A stretch of 63,993 nt of DNA, counting the filler, from Albugo candida (taxonomy: Eukaryota): the NCBI GenBank assembly GCA_040437565.1. It is 10 parts of 10 records of this genome, joined end to end, with 100 filler letters (N's around TTAATTAATTAA, not from the genome) between each part and the next. Parts side by side here need not be neighbours in the genome. Positions count along the whole stretch, not along the records: positions 7,456 to 14,752 come from JBDOQK010000132.1; positions 14,853 to 21,952 come from JBDOQK010000133.1; positions 22,053 to 28,899 come from JBDOQK010000135.1; 7 more parts are not named here. One strand, given 5' to 3'. The position numbers were made by a program, and so were the translations under genes. This document shows, in pieces, positions 13,379-23,975 of the stretch (its first letter is position 1; each line of letters starts with the position of its first letter). The notes below the pieces were generated by a model, which made no database searches, had not been told where the DNA came from, and saw only the letters and a program-made list of their open reading frames with translations.

Positions 13379-13670
13379 GATGAAAGGCTAAATAAAAAAA
13401 AATTAGCATTACGACGCCATAGAAACATAAAATCCCATCCAAAAAAAATGACATTACGGCGCCATAAGAAATGAATATAATCACCAAAAAAAAAGACTTA
13501 CCAGTAGAGTTGCTTCGAGAGGGAAAAAGTATTAAAAAAAATATAAAGAAAGAAAAGAGAAAAGGAAAAAGACACCCTTTATATACCTTTTTTTTAAGAA
13601 AAAATTATGCTGAGTCACAATATGTTAACAGTCATGATTACTAATCCGCGATGAACAGTCATGAGAGCAT

Positions 13671-13720
13671 CCAAATATAGACTCCCCAAATATAGACTCC
13701 TCAAATATAGACTCCTCAAA
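13671..13720. repeat. 15-bp tandem repeat (C/T)CAAATATAGACTCC x3.3
   Basis: Units at 13671, 13686 and 13701, about 90 bp upstream of the TATA-like box at ~13578-13587. Confidence 0.95.
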
Positions 13721-14489
13721 ATGCACGGACATCCAAAGTACGAGTTACGATGTGTCGTATTTGAAGAAACTTCACATATAGGAAATATATAAAATATAAA
13801 TACTCGTAATAAATTGAATATCCAAAGTCTGACTAAAATAGATCCCGGTTAACACAGTGAAAACAGTGTAGTTATGGAAAACAATTAGTTGCTAGGGAGA
13901 CTAACGATAAAGGTAAAAAATAAAGAAAAAAATTTACGGTGAGACATCCTAACAACAGCCTAGAATAGCATAGTGTTATTAAGTAAAAAACATAGCAACA
14001 CTAATTAAAAAAGGTGTGAAACAAATAAAAAAAGGCAGTAAAAAGTGATGATGGGCAACGAAAGGTGGAAAAAGAAGTGAAAGAGGAAAAAAAAAGGAAA
14101 AGAGAAGGCGAAAATAGAACAAAATGCAGAAGTGAAGGTTAAAGTGATGAGATTAACTATTAAAAAATATTTAACTAATAAAGAAAAGTAAAACAAGACA
14201 AGATAATGCAAGATCAGTGCCTAGAGTGACATAATAAGATGTAAAAATTATTTGATGGGTAGAAAAAAGTAAAAGAATAAAGGCAAGCATAAAAAAAAAC
14301 GAGAACGAGGGATAGGATTACAATATATTATAGACACAAGTGTAAAAATACAACAAAACGATGAAAATAGAATGAAAAATGAGACCAAATGCAATAATGA
14401 AGGTTAAAGGAATGCCGTTATGTGACCCGTTCAAAAACACAGTCATTATGCGGACATGAAAAAAAAAGTTCGTGACGTGAAAAAAAAAC

Positions 14490-14730
14490 TTCGATAAAAA
14501 ATGGAAAAATCACTGCAAAAAAATAGAAAAGTCACTGCAAAAAACACTTAAAAAAAATCACTTAAAAAAATGAACTTCAAATCCCCTACGTAGAAAAAAA
14601 CACTTAGAAAAAAATTGCCCCAAATCCCCCATAGAAAAAAAAAACACGTAGATAAAATAAACTAAAATCCCCACGTAGAAAAACACTTAAAAACATGGCA
14701 AAAACACTCAAAAACACTTTAAATAACACT
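14490..14730. repeat. Degenerate subterminal-type repeat array (AAATCCCC..GTAGAAAAA..CACTTA; AAAATCACT)
   Basis: Three AAATCCCC..TAGAAAAA units and several AAAA(T/A)CACT units at the contig end. Confidence 0.65.
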
Positions 14731-14752
14731 AGACGAAGATCACTTCGAGCAA

Positions 14753-14852
14753 NNNNNNNNNNNNNNNNNNNNNNNNNNNNNNNNNNNNNNNNNNNNTTAA
14801 TTAATTAANNNNNNNNNNNNNNNNNNNNNNNNNNNNNNNNNNNNNNNNNNNN
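14753..14852. other. Artificial contig spacer
   Basis: N44-TTAATTAATTAA-N44. Confidence 0.99.
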
Positions 14853-16056
14853 CGAACTAACGACCTCCGGCAGGGGCTCCGTGCGCTCAAGTGCTTAACC
14901 GACTGAGCTGGGTACGGAACCCTACTGATGCGATTGAATGTGGGACAGGGTTTTTCTTCAGTATACTGGGAGGCCTGAGCTAAACCGAATCGCAATATAA
15001 GACATATTGCATCGAAGGCATAAGCTGTGGGGTATTCCAAACTGTTATAAAATTAGCTGAATGAGAAGCTCTTCATTCAAATTGAAACTTGTGCATCAAC
15101 AAAATGGATCACCTGATAATGCTGAGACATTAACGATGCTTACCTGATCGTTATCATGACGTGTACGTAAGGTCCAAAACCTTCCATAATGTGGGACTTA
15201 AACGCAGAATCGTTGCGATGTCGCCATTCTATATCATGTTGAAAAGGAGAAGTAGCTCTGCTACGACATCGCGACGGCCGTAAATCGTCATATTCTCGCA
15301 GTCATATTCTTGTTCATTTTTGATTCTACTCCACCGAACGCAGTAATCTTGGAACAATGAAGCAGAATCGAGTTCCTTACCTCGTTGCACTAGCATGCTT
15401 CTCATCAAATCTACAAATTGCTGAATCTCTTATTCCCGCTATATGTGAAGCATGCGTCCGCGATCCGCTGCTTTACCTTTGTATGATAAACAATTCGATT
15501 GATACGGGGTATTGGACCATTTGACAATACAACTACGATATTATCGACGGCAAATCTGGAAAGTTGAACTTCTCGAACCAACAAGTTGGATGTTTGGCTT
15601 GATCACGATCACATTTATCTCAAAAGTTAGCAAGGAGGACCAATAAGGCTATGCAACATACGTTTCATCGAATCCGAACAAATGGGAAACAAGGCTTACT
15701 TTTTCCTGCACAGCACAGAAGAGCTACATGAAACTTTGAAACTCACGCTGAGTGATAAACTGTTCAATTTCAGTGTAAGAAAGAGTTCATTCCATGAAAT
15801 CAGTACTTCCTGAGCCAGTGATGCGTGATGCCAACTGTGATAGACAAGACTACTTTATTATTCTGGATCTGATGCAATTGATGGCTGTACATGACGTAGT
15901 CCGGTTTGGAAATTCTAATGAAATCATTCTCGGTGGAGCATTGCTGAGGCAGCTTAATGCGTAGAGAGTATACTAATGGTGTCACAAAGCACCAATTGAT
16001 TCTCAAAGATTATGACCATTTAGAAATAAGTTCTTCTTTCAAAGTTGATTTTTTTA

Positions 16057-17460
16057 GGGAATTGCTGCAGACACACCCTTCTTCACTACGAACATACCCC
16101 TAAAAATAGAAATTAAAACTACCCCTACGTTCGGGCCCTTAATTAAGTGAATTAAGGAGTCTATCTATCCATAGAAATAGAAATTACACAACTACCCTCT
16201 ACTTTCGTACCGCTATGTCCGCTACTCTCACTATCACTTCTAGCTGGGTGGCAGTAACACCATAAAAATGATAATACTCAGATGTTGTGAGTACGAGACA
16301 TGAGAGTGCCATCAATCCATGCACGCAAAAGTAAATGTTTTTGTTTGTTCTTCACAGTAGCATTTTCTTATCATTAGAACTACTCAACTCGAATAAGACT
16401 TATATAATCGTGCTATTTGGAGTTTGAATAGCTGGCTTCGGGAGAGACTACACTTTTCCGACAAAACGCGTGGGCGACCTGCACAAAAACCGTCTCTAAA
16501 ATCAAAGAAGCGTGATCCATGATCCTTTGAATACCATCAATCTATAAAAGGAAGTACAAAGGTCTAGCTTGTGGCAAGCGGGGGCATAATAAAAAAACGT
16601 GTTGGAAATTGAGACAGGTGTGTAGGGCTTCAGTTTGGAATGGTGTTGTTTGATTCATCTACTTGCTTTCTCTGCTCCTATTCCAGAATACGACAAGCAA
16701 CCAGACAATGACAAAATTGTTGAGGAGAAGATCAGGGACTTGGGCGCAGAAGTGAGTCATTTCAATTAAAGGAGTTTAGTTGTCAAAGCCGGTAACTGAA
16801 TCAAGAAAAAGAAGTTCAAATTATCTCAATATTTTCCCTGTGTTCTTTTGTAAGAAAAGGAACGATGTTGTCGAGGATAATGGAGGCCTACGTGAATGTA
16901 TACAACCATTGATTGACAAGAACATGTGGCTAAATGATCAGACAATGGTGTCATTTTTGCGTACCTACAGGTCTGAGCCAACTTCACAAAGCAAGTGGAT
17001 GGTAATTCCTGTGGCATTGTTACATCCTACTACGTTCGTGAAGCCGCACAACGGAGGGTATAGGTGGAGGTGCACCACCAACGTATATGTGTTTCGAGCC
17101 AATATGCTGTGTAAACTGCAGGCTTTCCAGAAATGTAAGTAAGAATCAGTAAAGAGCGCAAATTAATAAAAGGCAATGGGGAATGAATTTTTTTCTTCTC
17201 TGAAATGCCTATCTACTAGGCTACGTTTTCTTTGCTTGGAAAAAGTTCAGCTTTTCTTATGGTGTTGTTGCCACCAGCTAGAAGTGGATTGAGAGAAGCG
17301 CACATGGTGGTACGAAAGTAGGGGGTATGTTTGTAGTTTCTATTCTATGGATAGACTCATTAATTTACTCAATTAACGGTACGAACGTAGGGGTATGTTT
17401 TAATTTCTATTTTTAGGGGTGTCTCCGTAGCAAAAATATGGTGTGTCAGCAGCAATTTCC
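16057..17460 (+). mobile_element. Internally deleted Mutator-like element (MULE) with ~210-bp TIRs and a Ulp1-like fragment
   Basis: Imperfect TIRs 16057-16268 (GGGAATTGCTGCAGACACACC...) and ~17255-17460 (...GGTGTGTCAGCAGCAATTTCC). Internal KTRGRP and KRKYKGLACGKRGHNKKTC match a MULE C-terminal Zn knuckle. LIDKNMWLNDQTM is Ulp1/C48-like. Flanks TTTTTTTA and TTTTTATA. Confidence 0.8.
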
Positions 17461-18049
17461 TTTTTATAGGTATTATAAAAAATAGGGAGCTGCTAATCGG
17501 ACATCCCCCCCTTCCTCACATACGTTTTATATATTTTGATGAACACCCCCTCCTTATCAAGTTTGATAAATATGTTACATATCACTTTGGGCACATATTA
17601 AACGGGACACCTCTTACCCTACATAACACATATGTGCTACATGACCACGGCCTCTTCTCCACCTTAACGTCTTACTGCTGGAACGTGGTCACAAAAGTGC
17701 AAGAAAAGGGCGTTGAGGTAAGCGTCAATGATTCGTGCATGATTTTTCTTACCGGTTCTTTTTCAGAATGTTGATAGCGATTCCGCCGACGTTGTACAAC
17801 TTTTGCAAGATTTTCGCACGGAAATGTTGGCTCATATGGGCGTCTTAAAATGAAATTGAGTAGATTGGTATGAGCAGGTGGGAATTAGGAGTGTACATGC
17901 TATGCAGAATATAAAACACCTCCCTGGCTCTTTCTCTTTCTTGCAAATGTGAAACTGTTAAAACTGTCATCAGATGCATTTCCTATGTAACCTGTCCGCA
18001 TTCAGCCTACAGAATTACGCACTATTTAAGAAGCACGGTCGTTAAATGA

Positions 18050-21000
18050 TATCTTCCATCACTCCTTCTCGTCCGTGTTGTTGTTACTGAGAACTCACCA
18101 GTGCCCAGACTGGCGAGCTTGTGGGAATCGAGCGCCTTCGTCAATATGTCGGCGATCATCTTATCCGAAGGTACGTAGTGCGGTACAATACCTCAAATCT
18201 CGCTTGATCACACACGAATTTAACCCTCATGTCGATGTGCTTTGCTTTTGCAGGTGATGACTCGCCTTCCAGGTCCCTGATCTCAGCCTGATTAACAATC
18301 ATCTTTGGCATCGGGTACACAACGACCAAGTCCAGCTCATGCAGCAGCTCGCGGACATCAAGTAACTCACTTACGCGTCAGAAGCATCGACAAACTCGGC
18401 TTCCATCGTGTACAACGATACACCACCCTGTTTCTTGCACGTCCAGCTGACAAGCATGCCATTCATCATCACAACGGCTCCGGCCAACGACATGCGATCC
18501 GTCTTGTCCGATACAAAATCTTCATCGCCGAATGAAGCAAGATTCAGCGGAGAAACAGTACTTGGGTCAGCGACCATGTGAATCTTGAGCGTCTTGCGCC
18601 CCTTCAGGTAACGTACGATGTGTTGCGAGATTTCAGTCGTGAAAACTTGGCTGATGTGTTTGTCTTGTTGCCTTATGAACAGCGAAAGCGATGTCGGGTC
18701 GGGCGCAGCGTGAAACCCATAGCAGACTGCCTACGAGAGATTGAAACCTCTTAACTGGCAATCTCTGCAATAAATCAGCAGCAGATTTTCGTTACTCAAA
18801 AATACCTCGTATCTATCATCGCCAATTGGCGTGCGCACGGTTTTGACCAAGCTCATCCCCGCATCACGAAGAAGATCATCGATAGCCTCTTCCTGATCCA
18901 GAACGTATCCGCCTTTCTCGATGGTGTTGATACGCATTCCAATAAATTTTCTGACTTTTCTAAGCTGCTGATTGGACAAGGACGCGAGACTCTTAAAAGA
19001 AATCTTTAATCAAACCAGCATTTGTCGATGTTACGTGAAGGTCATGCACGTATACCCCAACCACGATGATGTTGTCGTCGTCAATAACCTTGTAATAAAG
19101 AGACATATCCGTAATAAAGCGCCCACATCCAGTGTCGGTAAGTTTCATATGAAGCAATTTGCTTCATAATCGACCGGACTGTTTGAGACTGTATAGAGTC
19201 TTCTTCAATTCCAACACAAGTTCACTGTGGCTTCTAACTCCAAACTCTTGAAGTTCTTGATGTGTAAACACCATCCCGCCTTGTACATACAGCGAAATGT
19301 CCAGCCCACTTTCTTTGTCTGTCTGAGCATATGCGTTTGGTACGTCGCCGTGGTGAGCAGGAACTCTTCAAAGAACCGCGAGAGCCAGCACAATTTTCAC
19401 TGCTGACATGTCCATGACCGCCGCAAAAGTTGGAAAGAAATCTACTCCAAACTTTTGCTCATTTCCACATTCATCAAGTCGAGCTTTGAATCTCTCAATT
19501 TTGCCTTCGGCGTCAGTCTTCGTCTTGAAAATCCACTTGCTTGCAACGCATCGCTGTCCCGAGGTCGTTTGATGACTTCAAATACTCCTAGGCAAATCAA
19601 AGCGGAAATTTCGTCTTCCATCGCCAAATTCCATTCGTGTGCCTTCGAGCTCTTAATAGCTTCGCCATAGTCAGCTGGATCGCGCTCAGCAATGTGATTC
19701 ACCACTTCTTCATCTATCTCTCTTCTGACCATCCATCGCGGGAGTTCTTGTTGTCGAACGCGTCACACGTCGCGATCTTTGCCAGTCCTTTTTCTTCTTC
19801 CTTTTCGCAACGTCGTGAGTCACTTCACCTGCAGCATTATCTGAAAAGGCAACTTTTGCATCATCTCCTTCTGACGTCTCGCCTCTATCGATGATACTAG
19901 ATTCAATTCCACGCTGAACATGCGAATTTGTGCTACAGTCAAATTTTCGATATTCTTCACATGCTGAGTAACAACGACCAACCTTTCCTTTTTCACACAC
20001 ACACAAAAAACCCCTTCATCTCATCACTTTTGCCGACGATTATTTCAACTGCTCTCGCTGTTGTAGAGAATTCTTGCGAAGTTCTCTATTCACAGTACAT
20101 ATTGGGCCAGAATCCACAATCGAACTCTGATCTGATACTTTTCCAGTCAAAACTTCGAGAGGTGATGCCCTGTATTTGTTAGAGCGGCTCGTACTTGGAT
20201 TAAGTATGTAAGTTGCGTACTACACGCCATCTCCCCAGAAATAACGAGGCAATCCACACGCAAATATCGTGCATATGGCCAAGTTTAAAATAGTTCTGTG
20301 CATCCGCTCTACTTTTCCATTCCACGCCTGGTTTCTAGACTCAGAGACTTGACGCGTAACTCCCGTTTTCTTACAAAATAAATCGACATTTTGATATTCG
20401 CGACCCCATCAGTGCGCGATACATGAACTTGGCATAAAAAAATCAAATTTCTTCATTACCGCTTCCTTCGTCTTGGCGAGAAAAATGCGATAATAGTTTG
20501 ACTTGTGGTCAACGAAGTTATCAGGTATCGATTACCCAGTCGATCCTTCGGTGTCATCGGTCACTTCAAGTCACTGCATATCACTCCTCCAAATCTGTCG
20601 ATAAGCGGACTCTTGCCTGTATCTTGTTTCTACTGATCGTTCTTTGTTTCTTTTCCCTGCGCGTAGGCTAAACAATTCGCATATTTTTTGTCACTCAACC
20701 GTATCCCTGATCTCGAGTCTTTGCACATACGCTCGATAGTTTCATACGAGAAATGAGCCATACGGTGATGGAACTGCATCAGAGTGCCGACTTGCAAATC
20801 TTGATCATCACTGGCAGTCGATTCTTTATTGATTACCGCCATAATTACATCGCGTGAACTCGTGGTCGGGCGTTTCGATTCCATTTGAAGCACTAGCACA
20901 TTATTCTTCGTTTGTACATCAAATACCGCCGCACCACTTCTGGAATACAGTAGTGATTGGGAACCATCCACATATGCAAGTTTGAAACCCCTTTTCTCCA

Positions 21001-21952
21001 ACTTTTCATACGATATAATGTTCCTCGTAATTAATGGGGCAAGTTCGACATCAGTCAATCTCACGGTACGAGCTTCCCCATCTACAGTTACATGAAGCAG
21101 AACTGAAACAACCATCGTGACACGCAGTGATTTTACATCTTGTAACATGCATTCGCTGTCACAATCACGAGGCTCTTCAAGCATTTTCTCGTCGTCCACA
21201 AGATGTCGACTGGACCCGATGTCCAAAATCCACTGATCTTGAACAATTTCTTGATCATCAACTACATCGAGAGTCATATGAATACCACGTTCGTGTCCTT
21301 TCTTTCCACGGAAATCAACTGCAATGTGCCCAACTTTGTTGCAATTGTAACAAGTTCGGGTATCTTTCGTAGCTGTGGTGCTCCTACATGCAGCACGACA
21401 TCCTTCCCGATAGACTTTGCACCACGCACATCAGTTTCAATCGCTCGCGTGAAATGCGCCAGCTCCTCGGCGTGTCGCAAATAATCCGTGCGATAATTTT
21501 CGCAGTTAGCCATAAGTACGTGTCGTAGGTCAGTTGATGCGTATTGAACGATATTTTCGAGCACTAGCGCCTCTGCACCACTCGTTGCATCACTCACAGC
21601 GACTAGATTTAGAAAATGTTCGGGCCAAGAACGCTTCGGTCCTTTCTCGCGGTCAGTAGCGTGGTTGATTGAGCTTGAGTGATAGTGGTCCGAAAGTCTG
21701 GTGCAAACATTCCATGACGTATTGCAGCGTCGTTTGCTGCTGCCACCAGGTCTCTACTTGGTTGTGGTAATACCGTTTCGCAGTGCCACTCAGGTAATGC
21801 CCCAAAAGGTCAGCCTTGACCTCTTCTGTCCACTCGTAACCACATGCCATCTAAGCCAACACCAGCTGTCGAACGAAATGATGACTCCAATCCAAAAATC
21901 CGGAACCTAGCCCTTCGTAGAGCTCCTTTCCATCAAATGGGTGAATAGATAG
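18050..21952 (-). mobile_element. Degenerate Ty1/Copia LTR retrotransposon (gag-PR-IN-RT-RH), 5' truncated by the contig end
   Basis: Gag LENIVQYAS; protease WILDIGSSRHL; GAG-pre-integrase FHHRMAH; RT EWNLAMEDEI and KFIGMRI; RNase H VSWTCKKQGGVSLYTMEAEF and KHIDMRVKF. Purine tract GAGAAGGAG followed by TG near 18061-18071. Numerous frameshifts. Confidence 0.92.
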
Positions 21953-22052
21953 NNNNNNNNNNNNNNNNNNNNNNNNNNNNNNNNNNNNNNNNNNNNTTAA
22001 TTAATTAANNNNNNNNNNNNNNNNNNNNNNNNNNNNNNNNNNNNNNNNNNNN
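21953..22052. other. Artificial contig spacer
   Basis: N44-TTAATTAATTAA-N44. Confidence 0.99.
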
Positions 22053-22199
22053 ATAACGAAGAAAAAACAGTCTTGCATTAAAAAGCTTTGATCAATAATG
22101 CGCTATGTAGTAAGGATAATGAAGCATACAATTACGCGTCCCTTATTGCACAAGTCCTGCGACTATGGTCAAATTGGTTGCACATTCCACATCTCGTTC

Positions 22200-23100
22200 G
22201 CTTGCACGCCACGTCACGTTCGATCCCCATCAAGCAATCGATGATAGGAAGGCTCCGAATTCCCTTCAACACGCTGCTTACCGAATCCACGTTTTCTGAT
22301 GTCAAAGTGTTGTATTTTGGACATGATGAGTAATCTTTTGACCAAATTTCAAGCTCAACCTCCTGAAGCTACAACAGCACACTGCTGTTCGAACTTGTGA
22401 TATTCGCTTTCGCCTTCTCGTACTCTTTCAAATGCCGGAAGCAAAAAAAATGTGGGGCGTCGGTTGCCGATGTATGCACAGCTTTCATAAACCCCTTGTC
22501 CCTATCCGATATCACGAATGCTGGAGATGGCTTGAGGTGAGAGAGTAGAACTTCAAAAACCAGCTCCAGTTATCTTTATTCTCTATCGACACAAGCCCAA
22601 CTCCGATAATTTGGATGTCGTTGTTTCCATTTCGAAAGCATGCAACAAGGAGGATCCCACCGATTGATGTCTTTACAAATGTACCGCCCACGAATATCCC
22701 ACGCTCACTGTATGACTTATATGCTCATAGTCCTTCCCAGAGAATGATACTCAACCGTATGAATTCATCATTTACGATATCTACCTCAAGCTTCAAAATT
22801 TGGAGTTCGTGAGCACAGTGCATATATGTGGTGGAACTCGCTTGGTTTGTATCGTCACCAGTCACTTTCCTACCGGAGATTATGGCCATATGTCTGACTG
22901 CAAGACTTGAAGTAGTTTGTTGTATATCTACGAGACGCCTTTAGCGATTAGGATACTTGAAAGGCGTGCAAAGAAAACTTTCTCGAAGGGCTCATTGTCT
23001 GCGAAAAGGAAAACTGCACAACAAAGAGAAGTCATGTTGTGTGCACACTGATTTATAACGCTTGTCACTTGATACCACACGAAACGGACGGTTACATTCT
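22200..23100 (-). pseudogene. Degenerate MULE DDE transposase fragment
   Basis: The minus strand encodes GGTFVKTSIGGILLVACFRNGNNDIQIIGVGLVSIENKDNWS and FVISDRDKGL, the MULE catalytic core. Broken frames; boundaries approximate. Confidence 0.75.
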
Positions 23101-23473
23101 CGGTTGAACTTAATTACTGCTTAAATTATGTCCCTTTTATTGGCATGACTCCTGTTATCGAAAGAAGCTGTTGCTAATTTGTGTCGTCGCTTTCCATTGC
23201 TGATATTGAAGTGTATATCCATACGTATAGTATACGGGCTTGACATACTTTTTTATTTATTTATTAAATTGTTATATTTTTTTTATAATCCCTTTATTTT
23301 TTTATTCCGTTATATTTATTTAAACCAAACAGAAGCCACGTTTTTCATTAATTTATGGAGGCTGAATAACGATTCCCTTCCCATAATATAATCTATATTA
23401 TAATCTATATAACACTCACGGTGAGATATGATCCTGGAACATCTTACAAAATACCCGAATCCATACAAAAAAC

Positions 23474-23927
23474 ATGTTACGTACCAGACTCCGAGTAACG
23501 CACCTCTTTAAAGCACGACAACTGCACATTGAATGCTCAAAACAGTTTATTCGGGTCAAGTGAGCGCTATCCATCCCATGTGCGCTCATTCTAACATCCT
23601 CAAATCCTACAGGATCTGATTTTCGATCCAAAATCAAATCTAGTCTTTTCAAAAACGTACTGTCCGTTTGCAGCCCAAGTGAAGGAGTTATTCAACACCG
23701 TAGGCATCCAATACGATACGATCGAACTCGATGAACGCGGTACGCAGACGCGATCAATCTCGTAATTTCTCACCCTCTTAACCACAGAGGATGGCGGAAA
23801 AATCCAAGAGATTTTGATGGAGCTCACAGGACAGCGAACAGTGCCAAATGTATTTTTGAAAGGCAAACACATTGGCGGCTGCGATGACACCTTGGCCATG
23901 CATAAAGCAGGGAAACTAGAAAAGTAG
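23474..23927 (+). CDS. Glutaredoxin (class I fold, CPFA active site), probable mitochondrial presequence
   Basis: Missed by the ORF track. Introns at 23555-23612 (weak donor) and 23740-23787. Spliced product MLRTRLRV..|DLIF..VFSKTYCPFAAQVKELF..ELDER|EDGGKIQEILMELTGQRTVPNVFLKGKHIGGCDD..EK*. Confidence 0.88.
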
Positions 23928-23975
23928 TATAGTAAACCCAAGAATGTAGTCAAATTATTATCGCAGCAATATTTC

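Noticed and set aside
13671-13720. Short direct repeats as a CRISPR array
   Set aside because: Contiguous tandem units with no unique spacers, in a eukaryotic context with no cas genes.
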